Assembly (NCBI GenBank): GCA_963663385.2
Contig: CAXXXD010000004.1
Coordinates: forward strand, 352,001 to 416,000
Source: Oceanispirochaeta sp.
GTDB lineage: Bacteria > Spirochaetota > Spirochaetia > DSM-2461
DNA length: 64,000 bases
Reading direction: 5' to 3'
The position numbers were made by a program, and so were the translations under genes. The notes under the pieces are model-generated. The model made no database searches. It saw only the letters and a list, made by a program, of their open reading frames with translations, and was not told where the DNA came from. Below are positions 47,680-57,021 of the stretch, piece by piece. The number at the start of each line of letters is the position of its first letter. Within the stretch, counting starts at the first letter, position 1.

Positions 47680-50148
47680 GTGAATCCCATTGAGCCGCAG
47701 AGTATCGACTGGACAGCACTTTTCAATGAGTTCCCCCGGGGTGTCGGGGTCCTGAATAATCAGGGGCATCTGCTATACGGGAATGCCCGGTTAAAAAGTC
47801 TCTTTCAGATGGGTTCGGATATTCTGGCAATCCGTTATGCTCCTGTACAGGGTCAATGGCTCTGTTTTCTTAAGGACTTTCTGGCCGGTACCAGTCGTCT
47901 GGATCAGCTGAAAGTTTCCATCCCCCTGAAAAACGGCCGACGCAAATGGTTTTCCATTCGTCTGATCCGCAATGACAGGGACTCCCATATCTTCCTGTTT
48001 GAAGACGATATAACCCAGCAGCACCTGTACGAGGTTCAACTGCAGAATGCCAGGGTTGATGCGGAGAAAGCGACTAAAACCAAATCAGATTTTCTGGCAA
48101 ATATGAGTCATGAGATTCGAACTCCTATCCATACGATTATAGGTATGGCGGAACTGATGAACACCACTGCTCTGGATCAGGAGCAGGAAGAGTACAGTTC
48201 CCAGATACGTTTCAGCGCGGATGTCCTCCTCTCTCTGATAAACGATATTCTTGATTTTTCCAAAATCGAAGCGGGTCAGCTTGAACTGGAGTACACGGAA
48301 TGCAACCTGCAGGATCTGGTGGAGGATTCCATTGATCTGGTGGCTCTGGAGGCACATAAGAAAGGGGTGGAAGTCGGGTTCTATGCAGACCCGGGACTGG
48401 ACCTGCTGGTTGAGGGAGACCCTACAAGGCTCAGGCAGATAATTATGAACCTTGTGAATAATGCTGTAAAATTCACCGAAGAGGGACAGATTATGGTCTA
48501 TCTGAATATGGTGGATCAGGATGACAGGGAAACTACCATAAAATTCACAATAGAAGACAGTGGAATCGGTATACCGGAACAGAAGCAGAAGACTCTGTTC
48601 GAAGCTTTTACCCAGGCGGACTCTTCAACCACAAGGCGGTTCGGAGGGACCGGCCTCGGGCTGACTATATGCAGGAACCTTGTGCAGAAGATGGGAGGGC
48701 AGCTTGAAGTTCAGAGTTCCGAGGGGATTGGTTCGGAGTTTTTCTTCACCCTGAGCTTCCCCCGTATCAATCAGGGTGTTCCCATTCCGGAAAAAGAGAT
48801 CTTCGGTACGGATATGAGGGGTGTTTCCATTCTGCTGGTGGATGATAACTGGAAAATCCGGGAAGTTATGGTGAATTATCTGAGCAGCTGGGGCTGCCGG
48901 GTGGATGAAGCCGGCAGCGGAAGGGAAGCTTTTCAGAAGATGAAGTGGAAAGTCAAAGAGGAAGGCTCTCCCTACGATATATGTATTACGGATCAGCTGA
49001 TGCCGGATATTGACGGTTGGCAGCTGGCCAGCCAGGTAAGAGCCCATGATACGCTGACACAAACGGCTCTGATTCTGATGTCTCTCAAAGCGAAGGGAAC
49101 CGAAGAAGCAAAGATGAAGCTGCTTGGCTGGTTCTCCGCCTATATTAATAAACCTCTCCGTAGAAGGGACCTGTGGGATAAATGTATTCAGGCTCTCTTC
49201 CCGGACAGGGCGGAACCCGGAGAGCTGGAAGAGCTGGAGGAGTTGGACCGAGTGGATCTGAGTAGTCGAATCGAAGCGGAACAGAATGAAAAGTTTAAGG
49301 GAACAGTTCTTATAGCAGAGGATCATCCCGTGAACAGAAAGCTTTTCGAATCTATCCTTGAAAAGCAGGGATTGAATGTCGTATCGGCTGAAAACGGAAA
49401 GGAAGCCCTGGAAATGGCTCAGAAGGTGAATCCTGAGATTATTTTCATGGATTGCCAGATGCCCGTTATGAATGGTTACGAGGCAACAGAGCAGATACGG
49501 GAAACAGGTATCCATGTGCCGATTATTGCTGTTACTGCCAATGCTCTGAAGGGTGAACGGGAAAAATGCCTGACCTGCGGTATGACGGACTTTCTTCCGA
49601 AACCGTTTAAGCAGAAGGATATCAGATCCCTGCTTATACGCTGGATGGGGCAGCAGAAAAACCCGGAAAGCCTGGAAGAACTGGAAGAACTGGAAGAACT
49701 GGAAGAACTGGAAGATGACGATGCGGTTGAAACGATCGAAAGTCTGGAGGATGATACGGGGAAAACCCTTTTAACGGATGAAACTGAAGAGCTGGAGGAT
49801 GTGGGAGTACCGGCTGTATTTGATTTCAAACAGGCTCTGGATACCTTTATGGGGGATCTGGATCTGCTTGTCTCGCTTCTTCAACCCTATCAGGAGCAGA
49901 TGGAAAAATATCTGGTCCAGTTGGAAGAGGACGATATTTTTTCGGATTTGAAGCAGGTCCGAGCAATCGCTCATGCCATAAAGGGCAGTTCCCGGAATCT
50001 TTCGATGGATGTGCTTGGTCTGGCGGCTGAAGAACTGGAATTCGCCGGGCGGGATGAAAAGGCCGATGAAGCCGCTTCTGCTTTCAGGAAGGTTAAAGCG
50101 GCTTATGAGGACGTTAAAGAAAGTCTGGCACCCTATCTTGTGCAATAA
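47680..50148 (+). CDS. Cytoplasmic hybrid histidine kinase (PAS-like-HisKA-HATPase-REC-REC-Hpt), GTG start
   Basis: FLANMSHEIRTP, NLVNNAVKFT, GGTGLGL, two REC domains, AHAIKGSS. Confidence 0.94.
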   Translation: MNPIEPQSIDWTALFNEFPRGVGVLNNQGHLLYGNARLKSLFQMGSDILAIRYAPVQGQWLCFLKDFLAGTSRLDQLKVSIPLKNGRRKWFSIRLIRNDRDSHIFLFEDDITQQHLYEVQLQNARVDAEKATKTKSDFLANMSHEIRTPIHTIIGMAELMNTTALDQEQEEYSSQIRFSADVLLSLINDILDFSKIEAGQLELEYTECNLQDLVEDSIDLVALEAHKKGVEVGFYADPGLDLLVEGDPTRLRQIIMNLVNNAVKFTEEGQIMVYLNMVDQDDRETTIKFTIEDSGIGIPEQKQKTLFEAFTQADSSTTRRFGGTGLGLTICRNLVQKMGGQLEVQSSEGIGSEFFFTLSFPRINQGVPIPEKEIFGTDMRGVSILLVDDNWKIREVMVNYLSSWGCRVDEAGSGREAFQKMKWKVKEEGSPYDICITDQLMPDIDGWQLASQVRAHDTLTQTALILMSLKAKGTEEAKMKLLGWFSAYINKPLRRRDLWDKCIQALFPDRAEPGELEELEELDRVDLSSRIEAEQNEKFKGTVLIAEDHPVNRKLFESILEKQGLNVVSAENGKEALEMAQKVNPEIIFMDCQMPVMNGYEATEQIRETGIHVPIIAVTANALKGEREKCLTCGMTDFLPKPFKQKDIRSLLIRWMGQQKNPESLEELEELEELEELEDDDAVETIESLEDDTGKTLLTDETEELEDVGVPAVFDFKQALDTFMGDLDLLVSLLQPYQEQMEKYLVQLEEDDIFSDLKQVRAIAHAIKGSSRNLSMDVLGLAAEELEFAGRDEKADEAASAFRKVKAAYEDVKESLAPYLVQ
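49672..49715 (+). repeat. In-frame 9-bp tandem repeat (CTGGAAGAA), 4 full copies plus a near copy, encoding LEE
   Basis: Read directly from sequence. Confidence 0.9.
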
Positions 50149-50740
50149 ATTCATCGACAGCGCTTAACAGTTCATCATATTCATTTACAGTCGGATAGGC
50201 GGGGTATTCCATGGATATGGATTCGGGGGCTCTGAAGAACATCCCTTTATCCGCATTCTGAATCATGGTCAGATCATTATAGGAGTCTCCGGAAGCCATC
50301 ACACGGCAGCCGGCCGATCGAAACGCATCCACAGCTTTCTTCTTTCCGTCTTTCTGACGGAGTGTATATCCTGTAATCCGGTCTGTCTCATCAACTATAA
50401 GAGTGTTGCAGAACAGGGTCGGCCAGTCCAGTTTCCTCATAAGGGGCGCGGCAAACTGATCAAATGTATCGGAAAGGATAATTACCTGGGTTCTCTCCCT
50501 CAGGCTCTGAAGAAAATCATATCCTCCCGGCAGGGGATCCATGGATCCGATAACTTCCTGAATATCCTTGAGCTTCAGACCATGTTCATCCAGGATCCCA
50601 AGTCGTTTATTCATCAGAACATCATAATCGGGGATGTCCCTGGTGGTCAGTTTAAGTTCTTCGATACCTGTTTTAAGAGCAAAGTTGATCCATATTTCAG
50701 GAACAAGTACTCCTTCCAGGTCAAGGCATACTAAATTCAT
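50114..50740 (-). CDS. thrH: Bifunctional phosphoserine phosphatase/homoserine phosphotransferase ThrH
   Basis: CLDLEGVLVPEIWI, TTRDIPDYDVLM, ILSDTF, GDSYND. Confidence 0.95.
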   Translation of the reverse strand: MNLVCLDLEGVLVPEIWINFALKTGIEELKLTTRDIPDYDVLMNKRLGILDEHGLKLKDIQEVIGSMDPLPGGYDFLQSLRERTQVIILSDTFDQFAAPLMRKLDWPTLFCNTLIVDETDRITGYTLRQKDGKKKAVDAFRSAGCRVMASGDSYNDLTMIQNADKGMFFRAPESISMEYPAYPTVNEYDELLSAVDEFIAQDRVPDFL

Positions 50741-50846
50741 TTTAATCCTCCGGGGAAATGGGGGGGCGGAACAGGTTCCGGAACCCGGGTATAATAATAC
50801 TGAATCCGTGAAAAGGGAGCAAGGGTTTCATTGCTTTCCACTCAAT

Positions 50847-50970
50847 CTCCCACCCCCTCCCAATCTTCCCAAAGGGAAGATCTCCAACTGGTCTCCCTCC
50901 CTTGGAGGGATTAAGGGAGGCGGGGAGACGTCAGTAAGGATTCCCCTCCACCGGAGGGGCTGGGGGAGGC
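50847..50970. repeat. REP-like palindrome cluster (same family as 4690-4770)
   Basis: TCTTCCC-aaa-GGGAAGA; TCCCTCC-ctt-GGAGGGATTAAGGGAGG; CCCCTCC-acc-GGAGGGGCTGGGGGAGG. Confidence 0.65.
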
Positions 50971-51030
50971 CGAATAATTCGTCAGACAAGTCCTTGACCG
51001 AAATATAAGAGGCATGTTAAAAAGGGAGTC

Positions 51031-51111
51031 ATGATGAAATACTGGAAAAAACGGAAACGGCTATATTCGGGTTCCTGTATTTATAACAATGGCAACAATG
51101 CCCTGATATGA
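51031..51111 (+). CDS. Putative leader peptide MMKYWKKRKRLYSGSCIYNNGNNALI
   Basis: AAGGGAG SD, ATG ATG, stop codon inside 5' arm of the terminator preceding the permease. Confidence 0.5.
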   Translation: MMKYWKKRKRLYSGSCIYNNGNNALI

Positions 51112-51135
51112 ATTTCATATCGGGGCTTTTTTTTT
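51100..51135 (+). terminator. Attenuator terminator in uracil permease leader
   Basis: GCCCTGATATGA/TCATATCGGGGC stem + T9, 24 nt before permease ATG. Confidence 0.85.
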
Positions 51136-51159
51136 ATCCAAAAAATATCTGGAGGTATT

Positions 51160-52494
51160 ATGTCTGACGTTCAAATTGATGTTCATGTGAAACCCGAATT
51201 AAAACAGTGGATTCCCCTGAGCATTCAGCATGTTTTCGCCATGTTCGGCGCTACGATCCTGGTTCCCATCCTGACGGGACTGAGCCCTGCAACAGCTTTG
51301 TTCACATCGGGAATCGGAACTCTGCTCTATATTGCAATTACAAAAGGTAAAGTACCCGCCTATCTGGGTTCTTCCTTTGCCTTTATCGCCCCTCTGATCG
51401 CTATCAGTTCATCTGCTGATTTCGGCGTGGCCTACGCTCTGGGCGGCGCTTTCTGTGTCGGTCTGTTTTACTGTCTGATTGCCTTTATCATCAGCCGTTT
51501 CGGAATAGGCTGGATGGACCGTCTTCTTCCTCCTGTTGTTATCGGGTCAGTCATTATGGTTATCGGTCTCAAACTGGCTCCCACTGCGATGGATATGGCT
51601 ATGACCGGAGGATCAGGAACCTATAATCTGGCTTTTTTCAGTATTGCCATCGTGACCCTGGGTATCGCTGTGGTTTCATCAATTGTTTTAAAAGGGTTCT
51701 TTAATGTTATTCCCATTCTGATCGGTATTGCGGGGGGATACCTCTTTACCCTTATTATGGGGGCATTTTTCCCCGCCTATCATGTTATTGACTTTTCCGG
51801 TGTAAAAGCGGCTGCCTGGTTCGGGGTTACCAAACCGGTAATGCCGAAGTTTCACTGGATTCCCATCCTGACTTTCCTGATTGTATCCCTGGCGACTATT
51901 GCGGAACACCTGGGGGATACTCTGGTATTGAGCAAGGTGGTAGGCAAAGACTTCTATAAAGATCCCGGTCTCCATAAAACCCTGGCAGGAGACGGTATCG
52001 CCACCTCTTTTGCAGCCCTTTTCGGCGGACCTCCCAACACAACCTATGGTGAAAACATCGGTGTCATGGCAATTACCCGTGTATATAGTATCTGGGTAAT
52101 CGGCGGAGCAGCCGTAATCGCAGTGGTCCTTTCTTTTATCACAAAATTCGGTGCTCTTATTCAGACCATACCTGTTCCTGTTATGGGCGGGGTCAGTATG
52201 ATGCTCTTTGGAATTATTGCCAGTGCCGGTATCCGTACCGTTGTGGAAAGCGGTGTAAATTACGGAGAGAAACGTCATCTTACAATTTCTTCTGTCATCC
52301 TTGTCCTGGGAATCGGCGGGGGATTTGTCAGGTTCCCCATTGCCAACGGATTGAACTTCGAACTCGGCGGTGTAGCACTGGCGGCTCTGGTCGGTATCGT
52401 TCTCAATCTCGTACTCCCCCAATCCCTTGATGATATCCCCGAAGAAACAGCGGAGGAAATGATTCAGGACGAACTGGATAAACAGAAAAGATAA
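51160..52494 (+). CDS. uraA: Uracil permease (NCS2 family, UraA/PyrP)
   Basis: QHVFAMFGATILVP, YLGSSFAF, EHLGD, NTTYGENIGVMAITRV. Confidence 0.93.
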   Translation: MSDVQIDVHVKPELKQWIPLSIQHVFAMFGATILVPILTGLSPATALFTSGIGTLLYIAITKGKVPAYLGSSFAFIAPLIAISSSADFGVAYALGGAFCVGLFYCLIAFIISRFGIGWMDRLLPPVVIGSVIMVIGLKLAPTAMDMAMTGGSGTYNLAFFSIAIVTLGIAVVSSIVLKGFFNVIPILIGIAGGYLFTLIMGAFFPAYHVIDFSGVKAAAWFGVTKPVMPKFHWIPILTFLIVSLATIAEHLGDTLVLSKVVGKDFYKDPGLHKTLAGDGIATSFAALFGGPPNTTYGENIGVMAITRVYSIWVIGGAAVIAVVLSFITKFGALIQTIPVPVMGGVSMMLFGIIASAGIRTVVESGVNYGEKRHLTISSVILVLGIGGGFVRFPIANGLNFELGGVALAALVGIVLNLVLPQSLDDIPEETAEEMIQDELDKQKR

Positions 52495-52507
52495 TAAACG
52501 ATTTGAT

Positions 52508-52610
52508 CCCCTCTCTCCCTCGGCTCCGCTTGGGATGCTGAGAGGGGTTCAATTCTCAGCCTGAATCCTAAAGTCCCCCGAGCGAACGCTGTGCTGAGCG
52601 TAGTCGAGGG
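52508..52610. repeat. REP-like inverted pair (CTGAGCGTAGTCGAGGG family)
   Basis: CCCTCGGCTCCGCTTGGG ... CTGAGCGTAGTCGAGGG. Confidence 0.55.
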
Positions 52611-52677
52611 TGTATTTTATAAACTTCGTAATTAAATCCAATACGCATCAGGTCTCTCCAGCTCTATAATGGATTCC

Positions 52678-53637
52678 ATGAATAAAAAACCGGCGCAACT
52701 TACAATACTGGGAGGTTTTCTCGGCAGCGGGAAAACGACTCTGCTTAACACCATACTGAAAACTGTAGCTGAAAATTCCAGAACAGCCGTTATTATAAAT
52801 GATTTCGGCGATGTGAATATTGACGGATTGCTCATCGAACGGGGCAGTTACAGCAAAAAGGAAATCTCAGGGGGGTGTATCTGCTGCAGTCTGAAAGAAA
52901 AACTTCTGGAGAGTCTGCTGGGTATTCTGGAAGAAGAGGATCCCCGGGAGATCTATATCGAGGCTACCGGGCTTGCCGTTCCCTGGGATATGAAGCAGTC
53001 CATTGAGAAGAACTTTTCCTCCTCCCGGATTATTGTTCGGCAGGTTCTGATCTGTGTGGACGTCAGCCAGTTTAATCGTTTTCACGGTCCCCTGCCGGTG
53101 TATAAGAGACAGTTTGAGGGCTCACCCCATATCCTTATGACAAAAAGCGATCTGTATGAAAAGGAAATCCCGCCGGTTGAGGCCGTTATCCGCTCGTCCT
53201 ATCCCCTTATCTCGTCTCTGATTCCTGTTGCCAATGGCCAGTTGGATTTGAGTCATCTATCGGAACCCGTCAATAAAGTTCCTGCGGGAAACACACCCTT
53301 TTTAATGCCCGGCCTTCTTTCCGGGGCTTTTCTTCACAAAGAAAAAGGGAATATTATTCAGCTTTCGTATAAAGGTATATTTAACTTTTCATCTTATGAG
53401 TTGGAAAAAATAATCAGCAGGGTTAAAGAAAAAATCCTTCGATTAAAAGGAATATTAATTCTGAAGGAAATCAAGCTGATTGTCCATTTTGACGGCACCA
53501 ATTTTTCCGCTGAAGAGTATACTGCAAATGAAGCCAATTCAATTGTTTATTCTCAGAAAAACAGTCAGATGACTCTGTTCTGTCTGGAGAAATTCAGAGT
53601 TGAACTAAACAGCCTTTTCCACCCTCTATTTGAATAA
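52678..53637 (+). CDS. COG0523/CobW-family metallochaperone GTPase
   Basis: GGFLGSGKTT, NDFG, GGCICC, IEATG, TKSD. Confidence 0.9.
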   Translation: MNKKPAQLTILGGFLGSGKTTLLNTILKTVAENSRTAVIINDFGDVNIDGLLIERGSYSKKEISGGCICCSLKEKLLESLLGILEEEDPREIYIEATGLAVPWDMKQSIEKNFSSSRIIVRQVLICVDVSQFNRFHGPLPVYKRQFEGSPHILMTKSDLYEKEIPPVEAVIRSSYPLISSLIPVANGQLDLSHLSEPVNKVPAGNTPFLMPGLLSGAFLHKEKGNIIQLSYKGIFNFSSYELEKIISRVKEKILRLKGILILKEIKLIVHFDGTNFSAEEYTANEANSIVYSQKNSQMTLFCLEKFRVELNSLFHPLFE

Positions 53638-53744
53638 TAATTTTGAATAAATATGCAATTTTTTAATTATTTTCTTTTCAAAAATTCTGAAACGGCTTAT
53701 ATTGAAATAAGAATTATCTGTTTTATTAAAGTCAGGAGATAGAA

Positions 53745-54050
53745 ATGGCACGAGCTAAAAAAACTGATGTCTATAAAAATGTTTATGAGAATCTCAGCTA
53801 TGATGAGAAGCTTGTATTAAGAACTGAACTGGAGTATGCCATTAAGGCTGATGAAAGAGAGATCTCCAAAAAAAGCCAGAAAGAAGATGCAAAAAAAGTT
53901 AGAGATAAACTGAAAATCCACGATAAGATTAAATATATGTATAAAAAAGAAGAGGTTGTTGGCGAAATAATCGCTATTGCTGTGGATAAGGTTCAGGTTC
54001 TTAGCGGAGAAAACAAAAGATCCGTTTCCTACAACAAGATCGTTCAGTAA
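53745..54050 (+). CDS. Small basic hypothetical protein (C-terminal beta-barrel-like)
   Basis: AGGAG SD, Lys-rich, own terminator. Confidence 0.7.
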   Translation: MARAKKTDVYKNVYENLSYDEKLVLRTELEYAIKADEREISKKSQKEDAKKVRDKLKIHDKIKYMYKKEEVVGEIIAIAVDKVQVLSGENKRSVSYNKIVQ

Positions 54051-54060
54051 ATAATTTCAT

Positions 54061-54100
54061 CCCTCCCGGAGAACCCCTGATCTCCGGGAGGGAGCCTTTT
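54061..54100. terminator. Hairpin terminator between convergent genes
   Basis: CCCTCCCGGAGA/TCTCCGGGAGGG 12-bp stem. Confidence 0.75.
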
Positions 54101-54110
54101 TATCCTTCAT

Positions 54111-55418
54111 TTATTTCAGTTGATATTCTTTGATCTTATTCAGAATTGTCCTGCGTGATATTCCCAATTCCATGGCGGCTTTTGTTTTATTATTCTCCCA
54201 TTTATGAAGAGCGTTTACAATCATTTTTCTTTCCATATCCCGTAGTGTACCCCCTTCGATAAAGGCAGCTTCCCTTTTCTGATCGGATAGATCCAGGTCT
54301 TTTACTTTCAGTTCGGTCCCGCCGGAAAAAATACAGGCTCGTTCCAGAATATTTTCCAGTTCCCGTATATTCCCGGGAAAGTCATAGGATTCCAGCCATT
54401 TTATGGATTCGGGAGAAACTGTTCGTATATCCGATCCCATTTTTCTGTTCAGTTTCTGTAAAAGGCTGATACTGAGCGGAATGATATCTTCCTTTCTTTC
54501 CCTGAGAGGAGGAAGTTCAATTCTGGCTACATTAAGTCTGTAGAAGAGATCTTCTCGGAACTGCTGGTTCTTTACATCCTCCTCCAGGTCCCTGTTGGTC
54601 GCGGAAATAATACGGGCCTGTATGGGGATATCCGATACCCCCCCAAGACGGCGGATGGTCTTTTCCTGAAGGACCCGGAGGATTTTTATCTGAAGGGCAA
54701 GGGGCATCTCTCCTATTTCGTCCAGGAAGAGGGTTCCTCCGGAGGCCATTTCAAAGAGTCCGTTTTTTCTTTTTTCCGCTCCCGTAAAAGCACCCTTTTC
54801 ATAACCGAAGAGCTCGCTTTCCAGAAGACTCTCCGGAATCCCTCCAATATTGATACTGACAAAGGGGCCTTCGGAAACACGGGAATTCTGGTGGATAAAC
54901 CGGGCTGTTACCTCCTTGCCGCTACCGCTCTCTCCTGTAATCAGTACAGTTGAAGGTGTCGGCGCTATTTTCAGCATCCGTTTCTTCAGGATATTCATTC
55001 CCGGAGAACGGGTCAGATAGGTATCGTCTTCATTGTTCTCTTTAAGACGTTTTGCCATCATACAGGTCTTGTAGGCGGAATAGATTCTGTGCAGCATCTC
55101 TTCGGGAGCAAAGGGTTTTACAATATAATCAAAGGCTCCGCTCCTTAATGCCTGTACCGCATCATCCGCCTGACCAAAGGCTGACATCATAATAAATGGA
55201 ATCTCCATTCCTTCTTCCCGTGTCCACTCCAGCAGTTCCTGCCCGCTCATCCCGGGCATCTTCAGATCGCAGACAATAATGTCAAACGCTTCCTCCTTTA
55301 AAATCCTCTGGGCGGAGAGACCGTTTTCAGCGCCTGCGGATGAAATATCCTCAAGCTCCAGGACTTTGATCATAATCTCCCTGATATTTTTTTCGTCATC
55401 TACAATAAGAACTCTCAC
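54111..55418 (-). CDS. sigma54-dependent response regulator (NtrC/ZraR family), GTG start
   Basis: REC; GESGSGKE, ESELFGYEKGAFTGA, FREDLFYRLNV, PGNIREL; Fis-type HTH. Confidence 0.96.
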   Translation of the reverse strand: MRVLIVDDEKNIREIMIKVLELEDISSAGAENGLSAQRILKEEAFDIIVCDLKMPGMSGQELLEWTREEGMEIPFIMMSAFGQADDAVQALRSGAFDYIVKPFAPEEMLHRIYSAYKTCMMAKRLKENNEDDTYLTRSPGMNILKKRMLKIAPTPSTVLITGESGSGKEVTARFIHQNSRVSEGPFVSINIGGIPESLLESELFGYEKGAFTGAEKRKNGLFEMASGGTLFLDEIGEMPLALQIKILRVLQEKTIRRLGGVSDIPIQARIISATNRDLEEDVKNQQFREDLFYRLNVARIELPPLRERKEDIIPLSISLLQKLNRKMGSDIRTVSPESIKWLESYDFPGNIRELENILERACIFSGGTELKVKDLDLSDQKREAAFIEGGTLRDMERKMIVNALHKWENNKTKAAMELGISRRTILNKIKEYQLK

Positions 55419-56677
55419 TGTTTATTCCCCCTGGATGCTTTGGGCAGACGAAATACGATTTCGGTCATGACACCCTCAATGGATTCAATATATATCTGTC
55501 CTTCCGCAGCTTCCAGAAAGCGTTTTACTATCATCAATCCCGCACCGCTGCCGGTGGATTTTGTCGTAAAAAAAGGATCAAAAAGATGGTTTTTAATCTC
55601 CCGGGGAATTCCCTTTCCCCTGTCTGAAATACTGATATAGACAAGGCGTTTTGTACTGCTGGTTTTTATCCTGATATCTTTGAGGGAGGAGCCGCTTTCA
55701 ATGGCATTGTTAATCAGGTTCTCGGCTACCGACCTGAACCTGTCTCTGTCAAAACAGATTGGACAGGGGGTGTCGCACAGGTCCCATTGAATCTCATCAG
55801 GATAGAGACTCATTATTTCTCTGAAAAAGTCATTGGTGTCGAGGGGGGCAGGATCGCCCAGCGGTTCCCTAAGGTAATCCTTGACCGTATCCATTAAACG
55901 GGACAAGCGATCGACTTCACTGTTGATTACAGCTGTTTCCCCCTCCAGTTCCTTGGGGTAGAGTCTTTTGATAAAACCGGAATGGAGGCGGATGGCGGCC
56001 AGGGGATTCTTCATTTCATGGGTTAATGTTCTGAGAGCCGATCCCAATATAACCAGATTCTGCTGGGAGTCCAACTGCTTTTGAAGCTGGTTCCTCCGTT
56101 TGAACAGGATCAGTATCTGAATTGTTAAAAGAAGGGTAAAAAGGTGAATAATAATCTGGATAATATAGAGATTCTGGGTCTCCCTGAAAAACTTCTCATC
56201 TACAATCTCCATGTGGATAATGATATTTGTATTCCACCAGTCCTGTTCCATAAAATTCCGGGCTTCCCAGGGGATGCCCCGGGAGAATCGTTCCATTTCA
56301 TAATTCAGAAGGAAGAGGCTTTTACTTTTATCGGTATGAACATACTGCTGATCGCTATAGTCATAGAGGCGGGGGTCCCGGGTAATGGTTCCGTATGAAA
56401 ACAGGGTTGATCCTCCCTTTTCATAGATAATAATTCCTGTTACGTTCCCGTGTTTTTCTGTATAATCGGTTGTCCGGTTATCGAAATAGGCTCCAATCAG
56501 CTCCATCGAAATCCTGTCCATTCTGGTTTTCTGGAGCAGGACCCGTTCATTGTGATTCATTCTGAGCAGCAGTATTGTCAGGAGGGTGATGCTGATAAAA
56601 GAAATGATCACCGTAATGGAGTAGAGACGAATGGGGCGTTTTTCCGATTTCTTAAATCGTTGTGACTGTATCTTCAT
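55415..56677 (-). CDS. Membrane sensor histidine kinase, cognate of the sigma54 regulator
   Basis: 2 TM; THEMKNPL, NLINNA, DRGKGI, FDPFFTTK. Confidence 0.93.
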   Translation of the reverse strand: MKIQSQRFKKSEKRPIRLYSITVIISFISITLLTILLLRMNHNERVLLQKTRMDRISMELIGAYFDNRTTDYTEKHGNVTGIIIYEKGGSTLFSYGTITRDPRLYDYSDQQYVHTDKSKSLFLLNYEMERFSRGIPWEARNFMEQDWWNTNIIIHMEIVDEKFFRETQNLYIIQIIIHLFTLLLTIQILILFKRRNQLQKQLDSQQNLVILGSALRTLTHEMKNPLAAIRLHSGFIKRLYPKELEGETAVINSEVDRLSRLMDTVKDYLREPLGDPAPLDTNDFFREIMSLYPDEIQWDLCDTPCPICFDRDRFRSVAENLINNAIESGSSLKDIRIKTSSTKRLVYISISDRGKGIPREIKNHLFDPFFTTKSTGSGAGLMIVKRFLEAAEGQIYIESIEGVMTEIVFRLPKASRGNKQ

Positions 56678-56689
56678 ATCTTTTTTACC

Positions 56690-56705
56690 AACAATTTTCG
56701 TGCCA
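56690..56705 (-). promoter_or_regulatory. sigma54 -24/-12 promoter for kinase/regulator operon
   Basis: TGGCACGAAAATTGTT on minus strand. Confidence 0.7.
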
Positions 56706-56950
56706 CCTTCTTTTATTTCAGATTACAGGGCTAAGAAAGATCTGAAAGTGTGCAAATATTTCCCATCGTATCAGAACCGGTAAATAATTCACAGTCAGCA
56801 GAATTCGGGCAAATCCTGCAAGCGACTGCTGTTCTGATACTTTTCTTCTCTCCTTTTTTAACCTTATAATTTGTACATTTTTTTATATGATAAAATATGT
56901 TCCTATATAATAAGTAGTTATTCCGTTATTGCTTAGTCCTCTTCTCCTGT

Positions 56951-56966
56951 TGGCACGCTGTTTGTA
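56951..56966 (+). promoter_or_regulatory. sigma54 -24/-12 promoter for DUF2807 gene
   Basis: TGGCACGCTGTTTGTA. Confidence 0.75.
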
Positions 56967-57021
56967 ATTGAGTTATCAAGCGGGATTACCCGCAGAATTA
57001 AAAACGAACAGGAGGACCCAT

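Noticed and set aside
49672..50970. CRISPR array at the tandem or REP repeats
   Set aside because: No constant repeat with unique spacers, and no cas genes
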